A DNA stretch of 64,000 nucleotides from Syntrophomonadaceae bacterium. GTDB lineage: Bacteria > Bacillota > Syntrophomonadia > Syntrophomonadales > DTU052. The notes beneath the pieces are model-generated. The model was not told the DNA's origin. It saw nothing but the letters and a program-made list of their open reading frames with translations, and searched no databases. A program made the position numbers and the translations under genes. The stretch lies in assembly GCA_012729505.1 (NCBI GenBank), contig JAAYDA010000048.1, forward strand, positions 70,222 through 134,221, in the 5' to 3' direction. Shown in pieces: positions 29,346 to 37,680 of this stretch (its first letter is position 1; the number at the start of each line of letters is the position of its first letter).

Positions 29346-29813
29346 ATGGAAAATCAGCCTAATTCCCAGGTTTGTTTTATATGTGGAAGAGAGAATGAAG
29401 TAGGTCTCCAAGCCCAGTATTATAACGACGCTGTTAACCAGCAAGTGATCGCCCATATTACCATACCCTCACGCTTCAACGGTTGGCCGGGCTATGCGCA
29501 TGGCGGGATTGTCGCTGCTCTGTTGGACGAAGGTTCCTTTCGGGCCATCTGGATTGACGGTAACTTTCAGCGGACAATGGTTACTGCGAATCTAAATATT
29601 CGGCTTCAGCGCCCTACTCCCACTGAACAGCCTGTAAAATCCGTGGGATGGATAATAGATATGAATGAAAGCCGAGCCAGAGTGGGCAGCGAAATACGTC
29701 TTCTTGACGGTACTGTTACCGCCCGTGGCGAGGCAACTCTGGTCAGAGCACCCGATTCCTTTATAGGAGCTAAGGATTGGGAGCAGTTGCAAACCAATTG
29801 GAAAGTGGGATAA
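29346..29813 (+). CDS. hotdog-fold (PaaI-like) acyl-CoA thioesterase, paralog 2
   Basis: 155 aa, colinear with paralog 1 (CFICGRENEVGL, GYAHGGIVAALLDE, RLLDGTVTAR). Starts 18 nt after paralog 1. Confidence 0.8.
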   Translation: MENQPNSQVCFICGRENEVGLQAQYYNDAVNQQVIAHITIPSRFNGWPGYAHGGIVAALLDEGSFRAIWIDGNFQRTMVTANLNIRLQRPTPTEQPVKSVGWIIDMNESRARVGSEIRLLDGTVTARGEATLVRAPDSFIGAKDWEQLQTNWKVG

Positions 29814-29825
29814 TCCCGGTCAGAA

Positions 29826-30707
29826 TTAAGCTAATACCTGCTGCCCGGCTATAGCGGATCGGATCTTCCTTAAAACCCCCAAGTCCTCCATGATAGTATC
29901 CGAAGGGGTTTCCAGGATAAATGGCAGTTCCCGAAGATACTCATTTTTCATCAGATGGGTAAAGCCTTCCACTCCGATATAGCCTGTTCCTATGGGTGCA
30001 TGGCGGTCCAGATGCGATCCCAGTCCTTTCAGACTGTCATTGGCATGAACTACCTTGATCCTGTCCTTGCCGATTATTTCATCTGCTTCAGCCAATACAG
30101 TCCTTATTCCATCCTCAGTAGCTGTATCATAGCCGGCCGCCAAAAGATGACAGGAATCAAAGCAGATTCCGATTTGGCTGCTGTCTTTCATGCCCTGAAG
30201 AACCATCCTCATTTCCTCAAAATTACTGCAGATTTCCTTGCCCATTCCGGCCATGGTTTCCAATAGAATCATGGTCTGCCCGGCAAACCCGTCCAAAACC
30301 CGATCCAACATCTTGCTGAGTCTTTCAATGGCCTCCTCAACCGTTGAATCCCCCCGGGTACCGGGATGAAGAACCAAGTAGGATACTCCAATGGTATCAC
30401 CTCGAACCAGGTCTTCGCTGATCACGCGTTCCGCCAATTGATAAAGATCATCCTTCCCACTGGCCGGATTAACAATATAAGGGATGTGAGCAACTATGGG
30501 AGTAATTCCATTGCTCACGGTTATATCTCGAAATGCTTCGATTTCATTAACACTCCAGGTCCGGGATTTACTGCCCCGGGGATTACGTAAAAAGATTTGG
30601 AAGGTTTCAACCTCCATCTCCACTGCATTCCTGGCAGTGGCCTCCAGTCCTTTGCCAATAGATAAATGGGCCCCCAGCTTAGGGCTGAGAACATGTTTTT
30701 TCATCAT
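29826..30707 (-). CDS. nfo: endonuclease IV (deoxyribonuclease IV)
   Basis: 293 aa TIM-barrel AP endonuclease 2 pattern (GAHLSIGKG, FQIFLRNPRG, VLHPG, LETMAG, CFDSCH, HANDS). Confidence 0.9.
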   Translation of the reverse strand: MMKKHVLSPKLGAHLSIGKGLEATARNAVEMEVETFQIFLRNPRGSKSRTWSVNEIEAFRDITVSNGITPIVAHIPYIVNPASGKDDLYQLAERVISEDLVRGDTIGVSYLVLHPGTRGDSTVEEAIERLSKMLDRVLDGFAGQTMILLETMAGMGKEICSNFEEMRMVLQGMKDSSQIGICFDSCHLLAAGYDTATEDGIRTVLAEADEIIGKDRIKVVHANDSLKGLGSHLDRHAPIGTGYIGVEGFTHLMKNEYLRELPFILETPSDTIMEDLGVLRKIRSAIAGQQVLA

Positions 30708-31055
30708 CTAAAACGCCCCCTCAATATGTTTAATGATTGGTTGCCGGCTTTGAAAGTCGATGCCTATAAAATCGAAGCGGATTTCTTTTATTCGCAGGTT
30801 TCTTTCATTGAGGTATTCAAACGCCGTCTTCCTTATCTTTGACATCTTGTTATAGTTAATGCTCTCCTCCGGACTCCCGAATCTTTCACTCCGCTTTGAT
30901 CTCACCTCAACAAATACCAGCACTCCATCTTTCCGGCAGATAATGTCTATCTCCCCCCAACGGCAACGGAAATTGCGTTCTATAATCACATATCTCTGTC
31001 CGATAAGATGTTCAACTGCCAACTCCTCTGCCCGCCGTCCGATTTCTCTCTTCAT
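30708..31055 (-). CDS. yraN: YraN family (UPF0102) endonuclease-like protein
   Basis: 115 aa. GRRAEELAVEHLIGQRYVIIERNFRCRWGEIDIICRKDGVLVFVEVRSK is the UPF0102 signature. Confidence 0.85.
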   Translation of the reverse strand: MKREIGRRAEELAVEHLIGQRYVIIERNFRCRWGEIDIICRKDGVLVFVEVRSKRSERFGSPEESINYNKMSKIRKTAFEYLNERNLRIKEIRFDFIGIDFQSRQPIIKHIEGAF

Positions 31056-31318
31056 GACTTACGCTTCCGCGAATCCAGATGATAAACAAACACCAGAATT
31101 TCAGCTACAACCGCATACAAATCCGGCGGTATTTCCTGATCAATATCCAGAACACTAAGATACTCAACCAGTTCCGCGTCCTGTTTCACGTATACTCCGG
31201 CCTCGGCAGCGATCTCCTCTATTCTTTCCGCTACAAATCCAAACCCACGGGCCACCACGCGAGGAGCATTATCCTTCTCGTCATATTTTAATGCCACCGC
31301 TTTCTTATCTTTCACCAT
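31052..31318 (-). CDS. FlhB C-terminal-domain-like protein (YlqH-like, no membrane domain)
   Basis: 88 aa. AVALKYDEKDNAPRVVARGFGFVAERIEEIA..GVYV..D..L...L.....IPPDLYAVVAEIL corresponds to the part of FlhB/EscU after the NPTH cleavage site. Confidence 0.8.
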   Translation of the reverse strand: MVKDKKAVALKYDEKDNAPRVVARGFGFVAERIEEIAAEAGVYVKQDAELVEYLSVLDIDQEIPPDLYAVVAEILVFVYHLDSRKRKS

Positions 31319-31327
31319 TTCGGCACC

Positions 31328-33010
31328 TCATACCCTAATATCGATCCCTAATTTTCTGGCCCCTGCCTCTTCGCCGGGCAATACCGGTCTCACTGTTTCC
31401 TGATGAGCAACAACCTTCATTCCCTGAAAGTGCACCTGATAGCCCAAGTCCTGTAATCGCAATTGCAGACCGCCAAATGCCCCCTCGATCAATTCCTTAT
31501 AATCCGGATGGCTTACTGCACCTTGAATTACTATACCCTGATCCTTGCGCCAGTGAAGATGAAACACTACTATACCCAAATTAGTAGTGCTCAAGGAAAT
31601 AGTCAGTTTAATCTCATCCCGTTCATTTAAGGATCTTTTATCCCGCTCCTCCTTGTACAGCTTCAGCTCCACCAAATGATCCCGGCCATTGATTTCCAGG
31701 GGAAAGGCAAAATAATAGGCCCCCATCTGAAGTGTGTTCAGGTTATCAGCTGAATTAAAGGCGGCCTGGCCAATTAATTCTCCCTTGGCGGCTTGCAGGG
31801 ATTTTAACGCACTTTCTATTTCAGTAATTTGGTTTGGATAATTGCTGGCCAGGATAGCTTGAATTAGGGTTAAGACCCTTACCGCTTCTTTCTGACCTTT
31901 AAACATGTTAAGTAAATCCCGGGCCATTACTTCCGGCCTCTCTTCGCCGCGGATAACTAATAAATCCGCAACCTCTTTCAACAGGCTCAATACCTCCCGC
32001 ATTCGGCCTCCATCCAAAGAAAAAGGGCCACCCGCCGGGCTTTTAATGCTATCAGACCAAAGCGGTGCCTCAGTTGACATTCCACCAGTATTCAAAGTGG
32101 ATGACACACCGGTGGATGACGGCATTCCGTCGGTATCAAAAATGGATGACGCACCGGCAGCCGCCATTCCAATATTAACTGACGGAGATAATTCACCAGA
32201 AGGCATACGGCTATTTCCCAGATGGGGAGGCACACCTACCGGTATTTGACTGCTCTCCACAGGAACAGGCTGCCCTGTTTGGACAGCGGCAGCGGTATTG
32301 CTGGCCCTTCCTGCCAAAAGCTGCTCACCGGCATTAGCAGTTAAAGACGAACTCGTAAAAGATCCATCTGCCGGTACAGAAGTATATTTCGTCTGCATCA
32401 CCGCAGAGTCTCGCTGGCCGCTGAAAGCTTGAAGGAATTGGATTGCCTGTTCCAGGGCAATCTTGGGCATAGTGGGACTGGTCATAAAATCGTGAAAAGC
32501 CAAGAGTATCTGTCTGTCGTTTTTGATTCCACCCAGCAGACTCAATCCTGCAGTATCCAGAGTTTGAGAGCTAAAACCGCCCAGCAGACGGATTGTTCCT
32601 TCGATATTTTCCAGGTTCTCCTTGGTAACAGGTAATCCAAGTTGAATCAGTTTGTCTGCTATTAAAACCGATCGTTCATCTGCCCGCAATCCAATCTCCT
32701 GCAAATGATTAGAAACCCGTGCGGAGTAAAGCTCTTCAGGACTGGGGATTTTCAAAACCAAACGCCCATTTTCCGTTCCTGCGGAAATCAAAACTAAATT
32801 CTGCCCGGGAGTCAGCGTCAATTCAGTGCTGGCCTCTATAGTCATTCCTTTTATGCCCAGCATGAACAGACCCTCACCGATGGATTTGTCCACCACAGCC
32901 TGAACTATTTCTCCTTTTTGCAGAAAGAGGACTCCATTGCCGGAGGAAGAAATGTTATTTTGACTTGTGCCTGATGGATTGTCAACTCTGATTTGCATAA
33001 TGGCGTACAT
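31328..33010 (-). CDS. YlqG-like protein with FliK-like C-terminal domain
   Basis: 560 aa with a low-complexity Ser/Gly/Pro/Thr middle. The C-terminal LTISLSTTNLGIVVFHLHWRKDQGIVIQGAVSHPDYKELIEGAFGGLQLRLQDLGYQV follows the same pattern as the FliK C-terminal domain at 501-1829. Paired with the FlhB-C-like gene as ylqG-ylqH in Bacillus. Confidence 0.6.
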   Translation of the reverse strand: MYAIMQIRVDNPSGTSQNNISSSGNGVLFLQKGEIVQAVVDKSIGEGLFMLGIKGMTIEASTELTLTPGQNLVLISAGTENGRLVLKIPSPEELYSARVSNHLQEIGLRADERSVLIADKLIQLGLPVTKENLENIEGTIRLLGGFSSQTLDTAGLSLLGGIKNDRQILLAFHDFMTSPTMPKIALEQAIQFLQAFSGQRDSAVMQTKYTSVPADGSFTSSSLTANAGEQLLAGRASNTAAAVQTGQPVPVESSQIPVGVPPHLGNSRMPSGELSPSVNIGMAAAGASSIFDTDGMPSSTGVSSTLNTGGMSTEAPLWSDSIKSPAGGPFSLDGGRMREVLSLLKEVADLLVIRGEERPEVMARDLLNMFKGQKEAVRVLTLIQAILASNYPNQITEIESALKSLQAAKGELIGQAAFNSADNLNTLQMGAYYFAFPLEINGRDHLVELKLYKEERDKRSLNERDEIKLTISLSTTNLGIVVFHLHWRKDQGIVIQGAVSHPDYKELIEGAFGGLQLRLQDLGYQVHFQGMKVVAHQETVRPVLPGEEAGARKLGIDIRV

Positions 33011-33662
33011 CTCCCGGCCAAGATTTTATCGGTTCAAAGCTGGTTCTATGTATGGGACAGGGGCCAAGTCTAAAGAGCTCCTCCAGGTGCCCCTTAGTTG
33101 GGTAGCCCTTGTGTTTGGCCATACCATAGCCCGGAAAAATAGCATCAAACTCTTCCATTATGGCATCCCGCTCCACTTTGGCAAGAATCGAAGCACAAGC
33201 GATAGATATACTCAAGGAATCCCCTTTTATCAACGAAGTCTGGGGGATTGACAGCTCGGGAAGCTTTACGGCATCTATCAGGAGATGCCGGGGCTTGACA
33301 GCCAAACCTTTCACGGCGTTGATCATAGCAAGCTTGCTTGCTTCCAGAATGTTTATCTGATCTAACAGAGGAGGATAGACAATTCCAATTGCCCAACTCA
33401 TGGCCTGGTGTTTTATAGTCACCGCCAGCTTCTGACGGCGGGATGGACTAAGCTTTTTTGAATCGTTAACCCCGGGTATCAGAAGATTCCGGGGCAAAAT
33501 AACAGCTGCTGCAACAACAGGACCTGCCAATGGCCCGCGTCCTGCTTCATCTATGCCGGCAACAGTATTAAATCCCCGGCCAAATAAACATTCCTCATAA
33601 TAGGACAATTCTCTGAGGCGCTCAACCTCCGTCTCCGGAACAATCTGAATACCCTTTGTCAT
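32982..33662 (-). CDS. rnhB: ribonuclease HII
   Basis: GIDEAGRGPLAGPVV catalytic motif, DSKKL, and KGD...ASILAK. ATG 33662 follows GGGGAGGG by 6 nt (ORF-track start 33668). Confidence 0.95.
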   Translation of the reverse strand: MTKGIQIVPETEVERLRELSYYEECLFGRGFNTVAGIDEAGRGPLAGPVVAAAVILPRNLLIPGVNDSKKLSPSRRQKLAVTIKHQAMSWAIGIVYPPLLDQINILEASKLAMINAVKGLAVKPRHLLIDAVKLPELSIPQTSLIKGDSLSISIACASILAKVERDAIMEEFDAIFPGYGMAKHKGYPTKGHLEELFRLGPCPIHRTSFEPIKSWPGDVRHYANQS

Positions 33663-33746
33663 CAACAACCCTCCCCATGCATTACCAGACAGGTAGAAAT
33701 ACTTCCGGGCTCGGTGGCTTGTACTCGTTCCGAACAGTATAAGTCA

Positions 33747-33755
33747 ATTATAGCA
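33747..33755 (-). promoter_or_regulatory. extended -10 element TGCTATAAT upstream of rnhB
   Basis: Read on the minus strand about 85 nt upstream of the rnhB start. Matches TGnTATAAT. No convincing -35. Confidence 0.35.
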
Positions 33756-33828
33756 AGTTTTCTTATGTTAAAAATTCGGTTAGGTTTTACAAAAAAAATT
33801 TGTACTATAAATTATCGTAAAAATGGGC

Positions 33829-33855
33829 AAAAAAATTAGGCCTCCTCCAGGCCTA
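33829..33855 (-). terminator. rho-independent terminator after rbgA
   Basis: Minus-strand UAGGCC-UGGAGGA-GGCCUA followed by AUUUUUUU. Confidence 0.7.
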
Positions 33856-33858
33856 GTT

Positions 33859-34701
33859 TCATAATTCATCAAGGACTATCCTGGCCATTCGGCCCTTACG
33901 AAACTCACCCAGGATAAACACCGCCGTTTTATTATGATCATAGCCTTTCTGATCAGCAAAGCCACGAAATCGCGCTATTCCCTCCATAACTTGTTCTTCA
34001 TCCAAATCAGCGACTCCGGTTATGCCGAAACGCGCCTCCAAATCCTGGGGTGCAGATTTCTGAAGAACCCTGATAAGATATCGGGCCACTTCTTCATTGG
34101 TGTAAGCTTTTTGCCCCAGAATTGCCAAGGCGGCCAGCTTCAAACCCTGATCCGGTTCACTGATACGCGGCCACATCAGACCGGGAGTATCCAGCAAATC
34201 AAGGCGTCCTTCAACTCGCACCCATTGTTTGCCGCGAGTTACCCCCGGTTGAGACCCTGTACGGGCCATTTTTTTTCCCACCATACTGTTAAGGAAAGTG
34301 GATTTGCCCACATTGGGGATTCCAACCACCATAACCCGCGGAGGCCGAATCCGGCGTTTTTTGGCTTTCATAATCTCAGCAGCCGGCTGATACAGCTTCT
34401 CGATAATTGGAATGATGGATTTTTTTCCTTCCCCTGTGATGGCATTAATCCCTACCGCAGTAAACCCTTCCCGATTCAATTTATTGACCCAACTATTGAG
34501 ATCCTCCGTGCCAACCAGATCAATTTTATTAAGAACCATCAACACCGGCTTGGACCTGCACATATTCTCAAGCTCAAGATTGCGGGTAGATTGTGGTGCT
34601 CGGGCATCTAATATCTCAATTACCACATCCACTAATTTTAAGTTTTCAGAAATCTCCCGGCGGGCCTTGACCATATGTCCGGGGAACCAACTGTCAACCA
34701 A
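33859..34701 (-). CDS. rbgA: ribosome biogenesis GTPase A (YlqF/RbgA)
   Basis: N-terminal WFPGHMVKARREI, circularly permuted GTPase motifs (NKIDL, then GIPNVGKSTFLN, DTPG). Confidence 0.9.
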   Translation of the reverse strand: MVDSWFPGHMVKARREISENLKLVDVVIEILDARAPQSTRNLELENMCRSKPVLMVLNKIDLVGTEDLNSWVNKLNREGFTAVGINAITGEGKKSIIPIIEKLYQPAAEIMKAKKRRIRPPRVMVVGIPNVGKSTFLNSMVGKKMARTGSQPGVTRGKQWVRVEGRLDLLDTPGLMWPRISEPDQGLKLAALAILGQKAYTNEEVARYLIRVLQKSAPQDLEARFGITGVADLDEEQVMEGIARFRGFADQKGYDHNKTAVFILGEFRKGRMARIVLDEL

Positions 34702-34742
34702 TTTGCCGCCCCCTGTTCAGCTTTAATTCTAAGCACAGATCT

Positions 34743-34770
34743 AAAGCAAAGACTGGCTTTTCTGCCAGTC
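34743..34770 (-). terminator. probable terminator/attenuator after rplS
   Basis: GACUGGC-AGAAAA-GCCAGUC followed by UUUGCUUU on the minus strand. A T-run is also present on the plus side. Confidence 0.5.
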
Positions 34771-34778
34771 TCCTTTTT

Positions 34779-35132
34779 TTATCTGGTTTCTCTTTTTTCC
34801 TTGATCTTGGCTTTCTTCCCAAACCTGTCACGCATGTAATTTAGTCGCGCTCTTCTGACTTTACCACGGCGAACCAGTTCAATCTTATCAATTCTCGGAG
34901 AATGAACGGGGAAAGTTCTCTCCACCCCGATTCCTTGGGAAATCCGCCTGACCGTAAATGTCTCTCCCAGACCTCCTCCCCGTCTCCGGAGAACGGTACC
35001 CGCAAATATCTGAATTCTCTCCCGGGCTCCCTCAACAACCTTTACATGAACATTTACAGTATCACCTGGTCTGAAGTCCGGTATATCTTTTTTTATTTGT
35101 TCTTCCTCTATTAAATTGATTATGTCCTGCAC
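34779..35132 (-). CDS. rplS: 50S ribosomal protein L19
   Basis: [45 protein letters not shown] is the L19 signature. GTG 35132 follows GGAAGGGAGG by 8 nt (ORF-track start 35156 lies inside the SD region). Confidence 0.95.
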   Translation of the reverse strand: MQDIINLIEEEQIKKDIPDFRPGDTVNVHVKVVEGARERIQIFAGTVLRRRGGGLGETFTVRRISQGIGVERTFPVHSPRIDKIELVRRGKVRRARLNYMRDRFGKKAKIKEKRETR

Positions 35133-35195
35133 AAATTCAACCTCCCTTCCTTGCATAGAATGCTAATCATAATTATCATTCCAAACTAACTGCCA
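35133..35195 (-). promoter_or_regulatory. rplS 5' leader with hairpin (possible L19-leader-type autoregulatory element)
   Basis: A hairpin at 35158-35181 (GAAUG-A-UAAU / AUUA-G-CAUUC) lies between the promoter below and the SD. An L19 leader family is described for Firmicutes, but I cannot run a covariance model. Confidence 0.3.
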
Positions 35196-35201
35196 GATGG
35201 T

Positions 35202-35230
35202 ATTATATCACAGGGATTATTGATTCACAA
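35202..35230 (-). promoter_or_regulatory. sigma-A-type promoter for rplS (TTGTGA-N17-TATAAT with TGn extension)
   Basis: Read on the minus strand: TTGTGA atcaataatccctgTGa TATAAT. Begins directly after the stop of the upstream gene. Confidence 0.65.
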
Positions 35231-35248
35231 GCCAGGCCCAGCCGTTAA

Positions 35249-35827
35249 TTAAGAAGGCTCCCACCAGGCCTCACCCGCTAAACGATCCATAATAATGGAT
35301 GCCGCACTTCTGACTGAAAGATGATTATAGTCGCCGTTACTTTCCAGCGGAAACAGAATGTGGTCCGCCTTTTCAATTACTTCTCGGGTCAGTCCCCAAC
35401 CCGTTCCAAACATGATCAGAAATGGTGCTGCCGAATCCTGAATTTGTGAACGTAAATCAAGGTAGCTAATACTCTGGGGAAACATACGCGCATCAGTAAC
35501 TATTGTCAGCGGACTGCATCCCTCCATCTGAATAATACGTTCCTTAACCTCTTTCAAGTCAACGGCCAAGTCCAATACCTTCAGAGCTTCCTTACGATCC
35601 GAATTATAGCTGCCTCCAAATCCGCTTCGCCAGTAGCTTAGCATGTCCCGGGCCAATTCCAGCTGACTCTCCTGGGGATGTACCAGGAAATATCTCTTAA
35701 CCCCGTAAGTACGCGCCACCCGGGATATGTCATGCAAATCCAGATTGGTTATGGAAGTAGTAATCATTTCGCCTCGCTTATTGTAAACAGGGGTATGAAG
35801 CAAAGCAATATACAGCCCGGAAGCCAT
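35249..35827 (-). CDS. putative SAM-dependent RNA methyltransferase (SPOUT-like, PF09936-type) of unknown target
   Basis: 192 aa. N-terminal YIALLHTPVYNKRGEMITTSITNLDLHDISRVARTYGV matches my recollection of the Methyltrn_RNA_4 family. Overlaps the trmD stop by 1 nt. Family assignment is from memory only. Confidence 0.5.
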   Translation of the reverse strand: MASGLYIALLHTPVYNKRGEMITTSITNLDLHDISRVARTYGVKRYFLVHPQESQLELARDMLSYWRSGFGGSYNSDRKEALKVLDLAVDLKEVKERIIQMEGCSPLTIVTDARMFPQSISYLDLRSQIQDSAAPFLIMFGTGWGLTREVIEKADHILFPLESNGDYNHLSVRSAASIIMDRLAGEAWWEPS

Positions 35828-36570
35828 TACTCTTCTCCTTCCCTTCCCGCCAGTATAATATCCAGCAAAAACTTCTTTTCTTCATCATTTAATTCCTTGT
35901 TAATCAGCAAGTCGGGTCGGGCGGTCAAAGTCTTTCTGATACTCTCTTTCTTGCGCCATCTCCTGATCTCCTCATGGTTTCCTGAGACAAGCACCGGAGG
36001 AACTTCCATTTCATCAATCTTGCGAGGTCTGGTGAATTGAGGATATTCCAGCAATCCATCCGTAAAGGATTCATCACTCACCGACTCTTCACTGCCCAGG
36101 ACTCCCGGAATCAGTCGAGCCACCACATCAATTACCACCAGAGCTGCCAATTCTCCACCTGTAAGAACATAATCACCGATGGATACTTCTTCATCAACTG
36201 CTGCCAGAATTCTGTTGTCAACCCCTTCGTAATGACCGCAAAACAACACCAAACTCTTAGCTGCAGCCAGCTCGCCAGCCAATTCCTGGCTCAGCATTCG
36301 CCCCCCGGGACTCAACAGGATAGTCCTGGCATCCGGCAACTCCCTCCGGGCATCCTCCAGGGCTCGCAAGGCCACATCAGCCCTGATTACCATACCCGGG
36401 CCACCCCCGAATGGGTAATCATCAACCTGTTTATGTTTATCCTGAGCATAGTCACGGACATTTGCTACCTCAATGCCGATTATTCCTCTCTCCTGAGCTT
36501 TGCCAATCAAGCTGCTCTTAAGAGGAGAATCAAACATTTCCGGAAAAAGAGTAAGTATCCTGAACTTCAT
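35827..36570 (-). CDS. trmD: tRNA (guanine37-N1)-methyltransferase TrmD
   Basis: MKFRILTLFPEMF, DDYPFGGGPGMV, LFCGHYEGVDNR, and SIGDYVLTGGELAA motifs. Confidence 0.95.
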   Translation of the reverse strand: MKFRILTLFPEMFDSPLKSSLIGKAQERGIIGIEVANVRDYAQDKHKQVDDYPFGGGPGMVIRADVALRALEDARRELPDARTILLSPGGRMLSQELAGELAAAKSLVLFCGHYEGVDNRILAAVDEEVSIGDYVLTGGELAALVVIDVVARLIPGVLGSEESVSDESFTDGLLEYPQFTRPRKIDEMEVPPVLVSGNHEEIRRWRKKESIRKTLTARPDLLINKELNDEEKKFLLDIILAGREGEE

Positions 36571-37133
36571 TTCTTATCCTCTTCGATGAGTCCCGGCAGC
36601 AAGTCCACCAATATCCTGCCCTGGTCGGAATCAACCTCCAGAACAACCTCTTTTATAGCCGGTATTAACACTTCACCGTACTTTCCGTCCTGGACTACAT
36701 AAACATCGTTGGCACCAGTGGAGATAATATCCTGAAGCTTACCCAGCAGGCCACGCTGTACATCTACCACATCCAGCCCCACCAGCTGAAAAACATAATA
36801 AACATCCTCAGGCAATGGGAAAACATCCTCTTCGTCAACCTGTAAAAGCCCTTTAACCAAAAGAAGAGCAGAATCCTTGTCATTTATTCCTTCAAACTTA
36901 AACAGTAAAAACTGTTTGTGCCGACGAACAGATTCAATTCCATAGAGGCCCTTTTTCCGCCTGTTCTCCACCCAAATTTCTTTCATCCCGAAAAACCGAT
37001 CCGGAAAATCAGTCAGAGGCAGGACTTTGAGTTCTCCACGCAAACCATAAGCTCCACTGATCTCACCAACATTAACCTTCTCTCCGGCCACTAACCTCAT
37101 CCTTTCCATTAGAAACCGGTGATTATCTTCCAA
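36567..37133 (-). CDS. rimM: 16S rRNA processing protein RimM
   Basis: VGEISGAYGLRGELKV PRC-barrel/RimM N-terminal motif. Sits between the KH protein and trmD. The true start is probably 24-45 nt inside the ORF-track start (several candidate ATG/GTG codons). Confidence 0.9.
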   Translation of the reverse strand: MEDNHRFLMERMRLVAGEKVNVGEISGAYGLRGELKVLPLTDFPDRFFGMKEIWVENRRKKGLYGIESVRRHKQFLLFKFEGINDKDSALLLVKGLLQVDEEDVFPLPEDVYYVFQLVGLDVVDVQRGLLGKLQDIISTGANDVYVVQDGKYGEVLIPAIKEVVLEVDSDQGRILVDLLPGLIEEDKK

Positions 37134-37353
37134 TCTCCACAGTTACCTTAATCCCTTCTTTGGTAGCGGCAGCTTTGGCCAAAGTACGAATAGATTTGGC
37201 TATTTTGCCCTGTTTGCCAATAACCTTGCCCATGTCATCAGGAGCTACTTTGACCTCCAAAATAACCGAGCTATCTACTGTTATCTGGTTAACCTCCACC
37301 TCATCCGGGTTATCGACCAACGATCTGGCGATATATTCAACTAGTTCTTTCAT
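37123..37353 (-). CDS. KH-domain RNA-binding protein (YlqC-like)
   Basis: 76 aa. LVEYIARSLVDNPDEVEV...VAPDDMGKVIGKQGKIAKSIRTL (GxxG KH motif). Lies between rpsP and rimM. Confidence 0.85.
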   Translation of the reverse strand: MKELVEYIARSLVDNPDEVEVNQITVDSSVILEVKVAPDDMGKVIGKQGKIAKSIRTLAKAAATKEGIKVTVEIGR

Positions 37354-37372
37354 AAGGCTAACCCCCTTGCGA

Positions 37373-37642
37373 TTACCCGTTTTTCTTCAGTTGATGCTTT
37401 TCCCAAATGCCGGTTTTCTTCAGGAGTGATTGAGCAGTATCCGTAGGTTTTGCTCCGGTAGCCAGCCACTTGAGAGCCTTTTCTTCATCAATCTTGATAG
37501 TAGCAGGATCAGTCCCCGGATCGTAATAACCCAACTCCTCAATAAAGCGGCCATCCCGGGGTGACCTGGAGTCAGCTACCACCATGCGGTAGAAGGGACT
37601 TTTCTTAGCCCCCATTCTTCTCAGTCTGATTTTTGTTGCCAT
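37373..37642 (-). CDS. rpsP: 30S ribosomal protein S16
   Basis: [42 protein letters not shown] is the S16 signature. Confidence 0.95.
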   Translation of the reverse strand: MATKIRLRRMGAKKSPFYRMVVADSRSPRDGRFIEELGYYDPGTDPATIKIDEEKALKWLATGAKPTDTAQSLLKKTGIWEKHQLKKNG

Positions 37643-37680
37643 CTTTCCGCCTCCACTTCAATTGTTTCATGCAAAAATTA

